Part shown: in pieces, positions 1 to 10,414 of the stretch
Layout of the letters: every line of letters starts with the position of its first letter
Position numbering within the stretch: the first letter of the stretch is position 1
Source: an uncultured Gammaproteobacteria bacterium
Lineage (GTDB): Bacteria > Pseudomonadota > Gammaproteobacteria > Magnimaribacterales > D2472
DNA length: 39,159 bases
Reading direction: 5' to 3'
Assembly: GCA_913050015.1 (NCBI GenBank)
Contig: CAJXAZ010000003.1
Location: 1 to 39,159 of the forward strand
The notes under the pieces: model-generated
What the model was told of the DNA's origin: nothing
Seen by the model: the letters and a program-made list of their open reading frames with translations, nothing else
Database searches by the model: none
Translations under genes and position numbers: made by a program

Positions 1-236
1 GCACCTGGAAGATTTTGTCCACCATTTGGATTCGAGGAAGTTAGGCCTTCGCATAGAGAAATAAGAAGATGATGCTCAGGAACTCCTGTAACTATATGAG
101 GATCAATCCCTTGAGGTTCAGAGCCATTTCCAAAATGAAAAATTTGCTTATCAAGACCATCATCAACAGGACTTAAGCTTGAAGAGCATCCAGAAATAAA
201 GATAATAACTGCTAGCGTTAGGTATAAATGTCTCAT
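1..236 (-). CDS. Peptide ABC transporter substrate-binding lipoprotein (OppA-like), 5' part; runs off the window
   Basis: Not in the ORF track. Manual translation from ATG 236: MRHLYLTLAVIIFISGCSSSLSPVDDGLDKQIFHFGNGSEPQGIDPHIVTGVPEHHLLISLCEGLT. It has a lipobox (ISG-C) and the family-5 SBP N-terminal motif 'GSEPQGIDPH...EGL'. Confidence 0.8.
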   Translation of the reverse strand, partial: MRHLYLTLAVIIFISGCSSSLSPVDDGLDKQIFHFGNGSEPQGIDPHIVTGVPEHHLLISLCEGLTSSNPNGGQNLPG

Positions 237-238
237 TG

Positions 239-2110
239 TTAAAATACTGAATTATTTAGATTTATTCTGGCATTATCAAAAAGGTCTTCGTTAATAATAG
301 TCGACATATTCTGATTCACCCTTTGCTCGGCAATACTTTGATATTGTTCTATTATTTCTGAAAGGTATTCACCGCTTGGTTGGGTTACTTTTAGAACGTC
401 AACCATAAACGTATCACCATTATTTGAATCCATTGACATAGCCTCACCTGAAGAATATTTAAATAGCTCAGAGAGTATCTCAGGAGGAAGTAGCGAAGAA
501 TTTCTTTTAACTTCTACGAAATTATCGTTAGCAATGTATGCGTAAGCCGAAATCACTGAATCAAGACTGCCATCTAATTTGGCAGCATTAACTTCTTCAA
601 CAAGGAGTGTTTTCTTCTCAATAGCCTTTATGCTCGATAAATAATCTGAAACATTACTTTTGACATCATTAAAGTCAATTAGAGAGGATTCTTTAATATT
701 ATTAATTGAAAGAACAATGAAGCTATCTTCAAGCTCTATTGCATGGGTCACATCAACCTCTGAATCAGAGGAATATAAATACTCAGCAATCCTTCTATCG
801 CTAACATCAAATTTGAAATTATTTGCAGAAGAACTATCACTGGATAGGATTTTTTGTGACAAGACGTCTCCAATTGATTCGATTGAGGAATTTGCAGAAA
901 TCATATCCTCTAGCTCAATAAAATCATCATTCATCAAAGCTCGAGATTCTGAATCAACTAAATCTGTAATAATTTTGCTCTTAAGTTCAGATAACGGCTG
1001 GATATCAGCTTCGTTTATTTCTGTAACCTTAATTAAATGGAAAGAGTCATCAAGTTCAACAATAGAACTTGTTCCTCCAACTGCAATACCTTTAATTGCT
1101 TCACCAAATTCTACAGGAAAGACATCTGAAAAATATTCTAAGTCACCACCAGTATCTCTTGAAACAATATCATCACTAAAAATAGATGCCAACTCACTAA
1201 AGCTTTCGCCGTTCTCAATCTTAGATTTTATGTCATCAACAACTTTATAAGCATCTTCTGAAGATGGATGATTGTTTTTGTCGATCATAATGTGAGATAT
1301 TCTTGTTTGAGATCTCTCGTTTGCTTTAAGTAGATACTCAGCATAGGCATCCTCAACAAAGCCCTCAGGAATTGAGACTCTATCTTTATAATTATCTGAA
1401 GTTAATACAATATAGCTAAATGCTCTTTCCTCATCTGAATAAAATAAACCTTCGTTACTTAAATAGTAATCATTAAGCTCTTCATCACTGCTCGATATAC
1501 TTTCTTTTAATTGATCAAAATCAATTTTAATAAAATCTACATCAACTGATTGTTCTGATAGCTTTGCTAACTCAAGTGACTCCTCTTCAGTTGCAAAATT
1601 TATTGAAGAAATAGCAAATCTATAAATCTCAGTAGCAGTTAAGTTTGTCATCAAATCTATGTAGCTATCTTTGGTTTGTCCATTGGAGTTAACCTGAGCT
1701 TCATATATTCCCTCGTCAAAAACCCCATCAATCTGGAAGGATGGATTTTTAATAATATTTTTCTTAGCAACTTTCTTGGAATTTTTATTTACCATTCCTA
1801 GATTTCTAGCTTTGGATAAAAGTACCTTTTGAACTATTAATTCTTGTTTAATTTGAGCAATCTGCATGTCCTCATCTAGTAAAGCGAAATCAAAGTCTTC
1901 TCCGTAGAGACTTTTAAATCTCTCAACTGTGATATTCGATGCAATCTGAAAATCTGTTTCTGATACGTCTTCACCATTGATGGTTCCCAAAGAACCTCCA
2001 AAGGCCGTTGATAGTGATGATGTGCCAAGAAATACAAATGGTAATGCGCAACATGCGATTACGATAAATAGTCTAGGGCCCGTTAAAAAGTTTCTTAGTG
2101 ATTCAAGCAT
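239..2110 (-). CDS. ppiD: PpiD-like periplasmic folding chaperone (SurA N-terminal domain + parvulin rotamase)
   Basis: N-terminal TM anchor, parvulin motifs 'ISHIMI..F.ELA..FSDD..SRDTGGDL', canonical position after lon-hupB. Confidence 0.88.
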   Translation of the reverse strand: MLESLRNFLTGPRLFIVIACCALPFVFLGTSSLSTAFGGSLGTINGEDVSETDFQIASNITVERFKSLYGEDFDFALLDEDMQIAQIKQELIVQKVLLSKARNLGMVNKNSKKVAKKNIIKNPSFQIDGVFDEGIYEAQVNSNGQTKDSYIDLMTNLTATEIYRFAISSINFATEEESLELAKLSEQSVDVDFIKIDFDQLKESISSSDEELNDYYLSNEGLFYSDEERAFSYIVLTSDNYKDRVSIPEGFVEDAYAEYLLKANERSQTRISHIMIDKNNHPSSEDAYKVVDDIKSKIENGESFSELASIFSDDIVSRDTGGDLEYFSDVFPVEFGEAIKGIAVGGTSSIVELDDSFHLIKVTEINEADIQPLSELKSKIITDLVDSESRALMNDDFIELEDMISANSSIESIGDVLSQKILSSDSSSANNFKFDVSDRRIAEYLYSSDSEVDVTHAIELEDSFIVLSINNIKESSLIDFNDVKSNVSDYLSSIKAIEKKTLLVEEVNAAKLDGSLDSVISAYAYIANDNFVEVKRNSSLLPPEILSELFKYSSGEAMSMDSNNGDTFMVDVLKVTQPSGEYLSEIIEQYQSIAEQRVNQNMSTIINEDLFDNARINLNNSVF

Positions 2111-2129
2111 AGTATGTATATTATAGAAT

Positions 2130-2156
2130 AAAAAAAGGGTGCATATGCACCCTTTT
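2130..2156 (-). terminator. Rho-independent terminator after hupB
   Basis: Perfect 24-bp palindrome AAAAGGGTGCATATGCACCCTTTT (2133-2156) with a U-tract on the minus strand (A-run 2130-2136), 15 nt after the hupB stop. Confidence 0.85.
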
Positions 2157-2171
2157 AAAGTTTAAAAAAAC

Positions 2172-2450
2172 TTAGCTGTGTTTAACCTTGTCTTTAAGGC
2201 CTTTACCGGCTTTAAATCCTGGTACTTTAGAAGCAGCAATGTGCATTGAAGCGCCTGTCTGAGGATTTCTCCCCTCTCTAGCAGCTCTATGTCTTACATT
2301 GAAAGTTCCGAAGCCAACTAACGATACTGTTTCTTCTTTACCTAAAGCATCACCGATACCACCTAAAACAGCATCAACAGCTCTGCCTGCTGAAGCCTTA
2401 GAAATATCTGCACTACCTGCAACCGCGTCAATCAAATCTGATTTATTCAT
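2172..2450 (-). CDS. hupB: DNA-binding protein HU
   Basis: [11 protein letters not shown]...[20 protein letters not shown] signature. Start placed at ATG 2450 because a GAGGAG SD lies just upstream. Confidence 0.95.
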   Translation of the reverse strand: MNKSDLIDAVAGSADISKASAGRAVDAVLGGIGDALGKEETVSLVGFGTFNVRHRAAREGRNPQTGASMHIAASKVPGFKAGKGLKDKVKHS

Positions 2451-2537
2451 ATTAAACACTCCTCTGTGTAAATTTATTTATATAAATGAACTTATATAAT
2501 GGCTTTTAGATAATAAAAGTCAAGTAAATAAAGGGTT

Positions 2538-4946
2538 TTAGTGAGTTTGTTTATTTCCGCCTTTTGACGAATCACTAGATGAAGATTTATCTTTGGTCGT
2601 CTTTGCAATTTTTGATAACGGCGTTGGCTCCTCAATTAATGCAGAAGATACAACTTCATCAATCCATTCAACAGGAATAATATTTAGGGATTCTGTAATC
2701 TGCTTAGGCATTTCTATTAAGTCAGGTTCATTATCTTTCGGGATAATAACGTTTTTAATTCCACCTCTTTTGGCTGCTAAAAGTTTTTCTTTTAGTCCGC
2801 CAATTTTTAATATTTGACCTCTAAGAGTTATCTCTCCAGTCATGGCTGTATCAGCCCTAACAGGTATTCCAGTAAAAATTGATATAAGAGCAATAGCCAT
2901 ACCACCACCAGCACTTGGACCGTCCTTGGGTGTTGCACCTTCAGGAACATGAATGTGGATATCGTGCTTCTCATAAAAATTTGACTTTATTCCCAGTGAG
3001 CTTGCTCTAGATCTAACAACAGTAAGAGCAGCCTGAATTGATTCTTGCATAACATCGCCAAGGGAACCTGTTTTGATTATCCTGCCCTTTCCATCTACAT
3101 GTGAAGCTTCGATTGTTAGTAGCTCACCGCCAACCTCAGTCCATGCCAAGCCTGTCACTTGACCAATAGCATTATCTTTTTCAGCAATACCAAATTTATA
3201 TTTCTTTATACCAGAGAATTTTTCTAAATTTTTATTCGTAATTTTAGTTGGTGCAGATGTCGTTTTTTTATTTAGCAATCTATCTTTAACAACCTTACGA
3301 AGTATTTTTGCTATTTGTCTTTCCAGACCTCTGACTCCAGCCTCTCTTGTGTAATATCTTATAAGAGAAAGAATTACTTCTTTATCAAAATTAATCTCCC
3401 CATCTTTCAAACCATTTCTTTCTATTTGTTTTGGTAAGAGATATTTATTAGCAATGCTAGATTTTTCATCTTCTATATAGCCAGGTATTCTGATTATCTC
3501 CATTCTATCTAATAGAGGTGTAGGAATATTTAAGCTATTAGCAGTACATACAAACATTACCTCTGAAAGATCGTAGTCAACCTCTAAATAATGATCACTA
3601 AAGGAATTATTTTGTTCTGGATCTAAGACCTCAAGAAGAGCTGAAGCAGGATCGCCTCTACTATCCATGCCCATTTTATCTATCTCATCTAAAAGAAATA
3701 AAGGATTCTTAACTCCAACCTTAGAAAGTTTTTGAATAATCTTGCCTGGCATAGAACCAATATAGGTTCTTCTATGGCCTCTAATTTCCGACTCATCTCT
3801 CACGCCGCCAAGTGACATTCTTACAAACTTCCTATTAGTAGCTCTAGCTATGGACTCACCTAAAGATGTTTTACCGACACCAGGAGGGCCAACTAAACAT
3901 ATAACAGGAGCCTTCATTGATTTAACTCTTTTTTGAACTGCAAGGTACTCAATAATTCTTTCTTTTACTTCCTCAAGTCCATGATGATCTTCTTCCAAGA
4001 TATCAAGAGATGATTGAATATCTGAATTAATCTTAGATTTCTTCTTCCATGGAACTTCTATCATGCAATCTAGGTATGATCGAACAACAGATGCTTCTGC
4101 TGATGATGGAGACATATGCTTAAATTTAGATAATTCACTTTTGGCTTTCTTAAGAGCATCTTTAGGCATTCCTGCTGATTCAATTTTTTCTTCAAGAATA
4201 TCTAATTCATCTCCCTCGTCACCTATCTCACCCAATTCTTTTTGAGCTGCTTTAATTTGCTCATTCAAGTAATATTCTCTTTGAGATTTTTCCATTTGTT
4301 TTTTAACACGTTCTCTTATCTTTTTTTCAACATCAACAACATCAAGCTGTGATTCTATAAAGGTAAGTAATTTCTCAGCTCTTATTTTAAGATCAGCGAT
4401 TTCTAAAACTTCCTGCTTCTTGGAAGCATCAATTGGAAGATGACTTGATATTGAATCAATTAACCTAGAAAGATCATCGAGAGAATCAACTGTTGAAACA
4501 ATTTCGGGAGGTATTCTTTTAGTGATACTAATGTAATCTTCGAATTTTGCTTTTATAAATCTTACTAAATTTGAGGCATCAGCTTCTTTTAAAGGTATGT
4601 CATCAATAGTTGTAACACGGGCAACTGAGTAATCATCCTTATCTATAACTTTTTCTATAGAACATCTCTTATAACCCTCTACTAGAACCTTCATGGTTCC
4701 GTCAGGTAATTTGATTAATTGAAGTAAGTTACTTATAGAGGCTGCCTTATGCATATCAGCAAATAATGGATCCTCAACAACTGGGTCAATCTGACTTACA
4801 AGAACAAGCTTTTTGTTAGATGACATTGCTGCATTTAAGGCTTGAACAGACTTAGGTCTGCCAACAAATAAGGTAGTTACAATTCCAGGAAAGACAACGA
4901 CGTCTCTGAGGGGAATTAAGGGTAAGTCTGATTTAATTTCTTTCAT
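2538..4946 (-). CDS. lon: ATP-dependent protease La
   Basis: Lon N-domain (PLRDVVVFP), Walker A GPPGVGKTS, catalytic PKDGPSAG and IGGLKEK. Confidence 0.98.
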   Translation of the reverse strand: MKEIKSDLPLIPLRDVVVFPGIVTTLFVGRPKSVQALNAAMSSNKKLVLVSQIDPVVEDPLFADMHKAASISNLLQLIKLPDGTMKVLVEGYKRCSIEKVIDKDDYSVARVTTIDDIPLKEADASNLVRFIKAKFEDYISITKRIPPEIVSTVDSLDDLSRLIDSISSHLPIDASKKQEVLEIADLKIRAEKLLTFIESQLDVVDVEKKIRERVKKQMEKSQREYYLNEQIKAAQKELGEIGDEGDELDILEEKIESAGMPKDALKKAKSELSKFKHMSPSSAEASVVRSYLDCMIEVPWKKKSKINSDIQSSLDILEEDHHGLEEVKERIIEYLAVQKRVKSMKAPVICLVGPPGVGKTSLGESIARATNRKFVRMSLGGVRDESEIRGHRRTYIGSMPGKIIQKLSKVGVKNPLFLLDEIDKMGMDSRGDPASALLEVLDPEQNNSFSDHYLEVDYDLSEVMFVCTANSLNIPTPLLDRMEIIRIPGYIEDEKSSIANKYLLPKQIERNGLKDGEINFDKEVILSLIRYYTREAGVRGLERQIAKILRKVVKDRLLNKKTTSAPTKITNKNLEKFSGIKKYKFGIAEKDNAIGQVTGLAWTEVGGELLTIEASHVDGKGRIIKTGSLGDVMQESIQAALTVVRSRASSLGIKSNFYEKHDIHIHVPEGATPKDGPSAGGGMAIALISIFTGIPVRADTAMTGEITLRGQILKIGGLKEKLLAAKRGGIKNVIIPKDNEPDLIEMPKQITESLNIIPVEWIDEVVSSALIEEPTPLSKIAKTTKDKSSSSDSSKGGNKQTH

Positions 4947-4976
4947 AACTCCAATATAGGGATTGTTATGAAAATA

Positions 4977-6236
4977 TCAATTGGCAGATGATGATTTTTT
5001 AGTAGTTGTTTTAAGAAGCCTTATAGGCTCTGATTTAGACATGACTGTATTCTCATCAATAATGACTTTTTCCAAGTCGTTATTTGGAAGACCAAACATT
5101 GTTTCCATCAATAACTCTTCCATGATTGAACGCAAACCTCTGGCTCCTGTCTTTCTTTTTATAGCCTGCTTAGCAATTTCTACCAAAGCCTCATCTCTAA
5201 ATATTAACTCAACATTATCAATCTCAAAAAGATGTTTATATTGATTTACCAAAGCATTTTTAGGCTCTTTAAGTATTCTAACTAAGGCATGCTCATCTAG
5301 CTCATGCAGACTTGATATAACGGGAAGTCGGCCAACAAATTCTGGAATTAAACCATATTTAACTAAATCATCTGGTTCTAAGTCATCTACATTACTAGTA
5401 ATAGGTAGGACATTTGATTTTGAACTGACTTCAGCTCCAAAACCTATCCCAACATTACTATTTCTTAAACTAATAACTTTATCTAGGCCTGAAAATGCTC
5501 CACCGCATATAAAAAGAATATTTGAGGTATCGACCTGAATAAACTCTTGTTGTGGATGCTTTCTTCCACCTTGAGGTGGTATAGAGGCTACTGTTCCTTC
5601 AATCAATTTTAATAATGCCTGTTGAACGCCCTCACCTGAAACATCTCTTGTAATGGATGGGTTGTCAGACTTTCTGGCAATCTTATCAATCTCATCAATA
5701 TAGACAATTCCTAGCTGAGCTCTTTCTGGATCATAATCAGACTTCTGTAATAACTTTTGAATAATATTCTCAACATCTTCTCCCACATAACCAGCTTCAG
5801 TTAAAGTCGTTGCATCTGCTATAGCAAAAGGAACGTTTAATATTTTAGCTAAAGTTTGAGCCAGTAAAGTTTTACCACTACCAGTAGGACCTAAAAGTAA
5901 TACATTGCTTTTTTGAAGCTCTACGGCATCTTTGGAAGTATTCTTTTTTAATCTCTTATAATGATTATAAACAGCGACTGACAAAACTTTTTTTGCTTTT
6001 TCCTGACCGATTACATACTCATCAAGCTTATTAAATATTTCTAAAGGGGATGGAAGTTCTTCTAGAGAATTATCATCCTCGCCGCTCTTAATTTCCTCTT
6101 CAATGATGTCGTTACAAAGATCAACACATTCATTGCAAATATAGACACTGGGACCAGCGATTAATTTCTTAACCTCATCCTGAACCTTGCCACAAAAAGA
6201 GCAATTTAATTTATCTGAAGAAGTTTCACTTGCCAT
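4977..6236 (-). CDS. clpX: ATP-dependent Clp protease ATPase subunit ClpX
   Basis: Zn finger CSFC...[15 protein letters not shown] loop, RKH motif. Start moved to ATG 6236 (MASETSS), with a GAGG SD upstream. Confidence 0.97.
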   Translation of the reverse strand: MASETSSDKLNCSFCGKVQDEVKKLIAGPSVYICNECVDLCNDIIEEEIKSGEDDNSLEELPSPLEIFNKLDEYVIGQEKAKKVLSVAVYNHYKRLKKNTSKDAVELQKSNVLLLGPTGSGKTLLAQTLAKILNVPFAIADATTLTEAGYVGEDVENIIQKLLQKSDYDPERAQLGIVYIDEIDKIARKSDNPSITRDVSGEGVQQALLKLIEGTVASIPPQGGRKHPQQEFIQVDTSNILFICGGAFSGLDKVISLRNSNVGIGFGAEVSSKSNVLPITSNVDDLEPDDLVKYGLIPEFVGRLPVISSLHELDEHALVRILKEPKNALVNQYKHLFEIDNVELIFRDEALVEIAKQAIKRKTGARGLRSIMEELLMETMFGLPNNDLEKVIIDENTVMSKSEPIRLLKTTTKKSSSAN

Positions 6237-6840
6237 TAATTGGACCTCTTTCATTAAGTATTTTATCAACTATCCCATAAGATTTAGCAGAAGTAGCATC
6301 TAAGAAATTATCTCTATCAGTATCTTTTTCTATTTTCTTAATTGTTTGGCCTGTATGTTTTGCAAGGATCTCATTGACAACTTTTTTCATATGAAGAATT
6401 TCTTTGGCGTGAATTTCAAAATCAGAAGCTTGACCCTGAAAACCACCCAGAGGCTGATGTATCATAATTCTAGAATTTGGCAGAGCAAATCGCTTACCCT
6501 TGTCTCCACCTGCTAGGAGAATTGCTCCCATACTAGCAGCTTGACCAATACATAATGTTGAAATGGATGCGGATATAAATTGCATGGTGTCATATATAGC
6601 AAGACCAGCTGAAATACTTCCACCAGGTGAATTAATATAAATTGATATATCTTTTTCTGGATTCTCTGACTCAAGAAATAAGAGCTGGGCAACTACAAGA
6701 TTGGACATATAGTCATCAACCTGACCCGTTAGAAATATAACTCTTTCCTTAAGAAGCCTTGAGTAAATGTCAAAAGATCTCTCACCCCTTGGAGTCTGCT
6801 CTATTACCATCGGAACTAATGTTGATTGTATATCGTTCAT
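6226..6840 (-). CDS. clpP: Clp protease proteolytic subunit
   Basis: [41 protein letters not shown]. Confidence 0.98.
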   Translation of the reverse strand: MNDIQSTLVPMVIEQTPRGERSFDIYSRLLKERVIFLTGQVDDYMSNLVVAQLLFLESENPEKDISIYINSPGGSISAGLAIYDTMQFISASISTLCIGQAASMGAILLAGGDKGKRFALPNSRIMIHQPLGGFQGQASDFEIHAKEILHMKKVVNEILAKHTGQTIKKIEKDTDRDNFLDATSAKSYGIVDKILNERGPINGK

Positions 6841-6846
6841 ATCTAC

Positions 6847-8142
6847 CTATTTATTTGAAAGTTCGGAAAATTTAATTACCTTACCTTTAGATTTAAGGGC
6901 ATTTTCTAATTTTTCAACTAGCTGCTCTTCTAATACTATCATTTTAAATTGATCTAGTTGCTGAGGTTGATTCTCAACCCACTGTTTAAATTGATCGGAA
7001 TCTTTATATTTAGCTGATTCTCTCTCAACATAAGCATCTACATTTTCCTTAGTTACAGTTATCTCAAAATGCTTAATTAGTTCTGAAAAAAGCAGATCGA
7101 GCTTTACTCTTTTTCCCGCATTTTCCATGAATGAATCTATTGGAAATAAGTCATCTCCAGCATTTTCCTCAGTATGCCCAATTCTCATTAAAGCATCTTT
7201 ACGCATTAGGTCTGCTTGCTCATTAACAGTAACCTTAGGCACTGAAATTTTATTTGTCTTTAAAAGAGTTTCATAAATAGATTCTTTAGTAAGGTCTTTT
7301 TCCTGCAAAGCCACCTCTTTCTTCATTCTATTAGTAATCTCTTCTTTAAAAGCTGCCTCATCCTTCACATCCATTTCAAGCTTTTTAAATAACTCTTCAT
7401 CTACTTTTGCAGCACTTAGTTCCTGAATGGTCTTTAAATTAATTTTAAATTCAGCTTCGATACCAGCAAGATCTTTCTTAAAATAATCATCTGGAAAAGT
7501 AGATTTAATTGAAAATTCGGATGGCTCTTTTCCAATAATGGAATCTTCAAATCCTGGAATCATAGAATTACTTCCAAGAACTAATTTAAAATCTACAGCT
7601 GAATTTCCTTCAAACTCTTCGCCATTAATAGTTCCTGTAAAATCTAAAATAACCTGGTCATCTTTTTGTGATTTTCTACTTACATCTTTCCAATCACCAT
7701 ATCTTTTAACAATATCCTTAATAGCCAAGTCTATGTCATCTTCTTCAATTGAGATCGTAACCTCTTCATAGCTAGTCCATCTACTTAACTTAGGTGTTAT
7801 ATCTGGAAAAACTTCAAAAGTTGCAGAGTAAGAGATCGGCTTAGTAGGATCTTCGCTTTCAAGATCTACTGTCGGAGGTGACGCAGGTCTTAAATTGTTC
7901 TCAGCCAATGCTGGAGGATATGAGTTTTGAATCAATTCATTAACAACATCTCCATGAATCGACGGTCCATATCTTTGCTTTAAAACATCAGTTGGAACCT
8001 TGCCTTTTCTAAACCCGTCAAGCTTGGCTTCTCCTCTGATTTTATTAATCTTGGATTCAAATTTTGAATTGTACTCATCTACTGGAATAGAAACTGTTAA
8101 TTTCCTTTCCAAATCCTTGAGTTTTTTTAACTTACTAGTCAT
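6847..8142 (-). CDS. tig: Trigger factor
   Basis: GFRKGKVP ribosome-binding signature, FKBP domain (MIPGFE), tig-clpP-clpX order. Confidence 0.96.
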   Translation of the reverse strand: MTSKLKKLKDLERKLTVSIPVDEYNSKFESKINKIRGEAKLDGFRKGKVPTDVLKQRYGPSIHGDVVNELIQNSYPPALAENNLRPASPPTVDLESEDPTKPISYSATFEVFPDITPKLSRWTSYEEVTISIEEDDIDLAIKDIVKRYGDWKDVSRKSQKDDQVILDFTGTINGEEFEGNSAVDFKLVLGSNSMIPGFEDSIIGKEPSEFSIKSTFPDDYFKKDLAGIEAEFKINLKTIQELSAAKVDEELFKKLEMDVKDEAAFKEEITNRMKKEVALQEKDLTKESIYETLLKTNKISVPKVTVNEQADLMRKDALMRIGHTEENAGDDLFPIDSFMENAGKRVKLDLLFSELIKHFEITVTKENVDAYVERESAKYKDSDQFKQWVENQPQQLDQFKMIVLEEQLVEKLENALKSKGKVIKFSELSNK

Positions 8143-8161
8143 ATGATTTACCTAATTTAAA

Positions 8162-8239
8162 TGGGGCGAGCGATGGGGTTCGAACCCACGGCCTCCGGAG
8201 CCACAATCCAGCGCTCTAACCAACTGAGCTACGCCCGCC
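8162..8239 (-). tRNA. tRNA-His(GUG), with encoded G-1 and CCA
   Basis: Reverse complement GGCGGGCGTAGCTCAGTTGGTTAGAGCGCTGGATTGTGGCTCCGG...GTTCGAA...CGCTCGCCCCA. Anticodon GTG, C73 discriminator. Confidence 0.96.
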
Positions 8240-8370
8240 ACGAAACGCCACATTATAGATTAAAAATTACTATTATTAATTTTTTATTAAGCTAATATTA
8301 TGATTAAAGCTCTCAATGCTATTTATTCAATAGTTTTAGGGTCAAAGTATTTATTTAACAGGCGCTTATT

Positions 8371-9771
8371 ATGGATAATTTTTTAGAAGACACTACTCGG
8401 TTTGTTAACCAAGCTATAAAGTTTGTTCCTATTTCAAAAGGGCTTGCGAATAAAATTACCACCTGTAACTCAACATATACAGTGAGATTCGGCGTTAGGC
8501 TTCGAGGTGATATATATACATTTGAAGGCTGGCGTTCAGTTCATTCAGAGCATATGGAACCAACTAAAGGTGGCATAAGGTTTGATATGGCAACTCATGC
8601 GGACGAGGTTGAAGCCCTAGCTGCATTAATGTCTTATAAGAATGCGATTATTAATGTGCCATTTGGAGGATCTAAAGGTGGTCTTAAAATTAATCCTCAT
8701 GAGTGGGAAGAGTTTGAAATTGAAAAAATAACCAGAAGATTTGCTCAAGAACTAATTAAAAGAGATCTCATAAGTCCTTCTCAAAACGTACCAGCACCAG
8801 ATATTGGAACTTCATCCAGAGAAATGGCGTGGATTGCAGATGAGTATAGAAAACTTAAATCAACTGATATAAATGCTGCAGCGTGTGTAACAGGAAAACC
8901 AATAAATAAAAATGGACTACCTGGAAGAGAAGAAGCTACTGGAAGAGGAATCCAGTATATTGCTAGAGAGTTTTATAAAAATGAAGACCTTCTTGAAAGG
9001 TTTGGGCTTTCTAAAAATTTAGAAAATAAAACTTTGATTGTTCAGGGCTTGGGAAATGTTGGCTACCATGCATCCAAATTCTTAACTGAAGACGAAAATG
9101 TTAAATTAATTGGCATCGCTGAGTATAACGGTGCTATTTATAACGAGAATGGCATCAACGTAGAACATGCTAAAAAGTTCTTTACCAAAAATAAATCTTT
9201 TAAAAACTATACCAAAGCCAAATTTATAAAAGATGGCGGTCTTTTATTTAAAAAAGAATGTGACATATTAATACCAGCTGCTAGAGAGAATGTTATTACA
9301 GAAAAAAATGCTGGCTCGGTTAAGGCTAAACTTATTATTGAAGCTGCTAATGGTCCCATTAGCTATGCAGCAAATAAGATCCTTAATAAAATGAATATTT
9401 TTGTCATACCAGATATTCTTGCTAATTCTGGCGGAGTAGCTGTGAGTTATTTTGAGTGGGTAAAAAATATAAGACACATAAGATTTGGCAGACTTGAAAA
9501 GAGAGAGAATGCTCTAAGGTACACAACGCTAATCGAAGCAATTGAGTCTATGACAGGAAAATCAATGCCAGAAAAATATAAAAGAAATTTTATTGACGGG
9601 ATTGAAGAAATTGATCTTATTAGATCAGGGCTTGATGACATGATGATTGACGGATTCCAAGAAGTAAAAAAGGCTTACATGGAAAATAATAAAATACCTG
9701 ATTTCAGAACAGCAGCTTACAAAGTAGCTATTGAGAAGATTGCCTTGTCGTATGACTTTATAGGTCTTTAG
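8371..9771 (+). CDS. gdhA: Glu/Leu/Phe/Val dehydrogenase, glutamate dehydrogenase resembling the animal type
   Basis: KGGIRF, VPFGGSKGG, VPAPD, GLGNVG Rossmann motif, EAANGP, SYFEW. Confidence 0.9.
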   Translation: MDNFLEDTTRFVNQAIKFVPISKGLANKITTCNSTYTVRFGVRLRGDIYTFEGWRSVHSEHMEPTKGGIRFDMATHADEVEALAALMSYKNAIINVPFGGSKGGLKINPHEWEEFEIEKITRRFAQELIKRDLISPSQNVPAPDIGTSSREMAWIADEYRKLKSTDINAAACVTGKPINKNGLPGREEATGRGIQYIAREFYKNEDLLERFGLSKNLENKTLIVQGLGNVGYHASKFLTEDENVKLIGIAEYNGAIYNENGINVEHAKKFFTKNKSFKNYTKAKFIKDGGLLFKKECDILIPAARENVITEKNAGSVKAKLIIEAANGPISYAANKILNKMNIFVIPDILANSGGVAVSYFEWVKNIRHIRFGRLEKRENALRYTTLIEAIESMTGKSMPEKYKRNFIDGIEEIDLIRSGLDDMMIDGFQEVKKAYMENNKIPDFRTAAYKVAIEKIALSYDFIGL

Positions 9772-10405
9772 GAAAATATAAGGGATCATCTAGCTCTTTC
9801 CATGGCTTGTATGAAGTCATTATATTTTTTAAAAGATCACTTTCTAAGAAGGTATTTAGCCAGTATTTAATATTTTTAATATCTTCTTGAGCATCAAACC
9901 ATTCACTATTAGCTAATCTAAACTGCCTAATAAATGGAAGGATGGAGATATCAAGCTTATTTATATCATCTCCAAAAAACCAAGTCGGCCCGACAAAAAA
10001 TTTATCAAGCTCTTTTAATATCTGTAAACAGGACTCTCTGTGAATTTGTTCATTTACGTCATGATATCTAGTTGAGTACTTGTACCGATCAAGATTGAAT
10101 TTAAAATCTCCGTCAAACAATTCTATAGTTTTATCAGTAAATATTTCTTGATGGTCCAGCAAGTTAGCATCGAATACATTATGTTGTTTCAAGGCCCAAT
10201 TAATAACATCAAGACTTTCATCAATAACATTACCATTATCTAAAAGTAAGACTGGAACAGTGCCCTTAGGAGATGTATCTAGCATTGCTGAAGGTTTATT
10301 CTTTAAACTTACCTCTCTTAGCTCGCATTGAATATCCGTTAAGCAGAGTGCCATTCTAGCTCTCATTGCGTAGGGACATCTTTTGAATGAATACAAAATA
10401 TGCAT
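9758..10405 (-). CDS. Glutathione S-transferase family protein
   Basis: LYSFKRCPYAMRARMAL, SPKGTVPVL, ESLDV GST N-domain motifs. Confidence 0.9.
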   Translation of the reverse strand: MHILYSFKRCPYAMRARMALCLTDIQCELREVSLKNKPSAMLDTSPKGTVPVLLLDNGNVIDESLDVINWALKQHNVFDANLLDHQEIFTDKTIELFDGDFKFNLDRYKYSTRYHDVNEQIHRESCLQILKELDKFFVGPTWFFGDDINKLDISILPFIRQFRLANSEWFDAQEDIKNIKYWLNTFLESDLLKNIMTSYKPWKELDDPLYFPKDL

Positions 10406-10414
10406 AATTATGAA

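Noticed and set aside
660-1250. 196-aa plus-strand ORF and the other short antisense ORFs in the track (e.g. 2299, 2593, 4063, 4981, 7538, 15349, 16405, 21007, 30860, 31142, 35043)
   Set aside because: They lie antisense within well-supported genes and have the Ser/Ile-rich composition typical of shadow ORFs, with no motifs.
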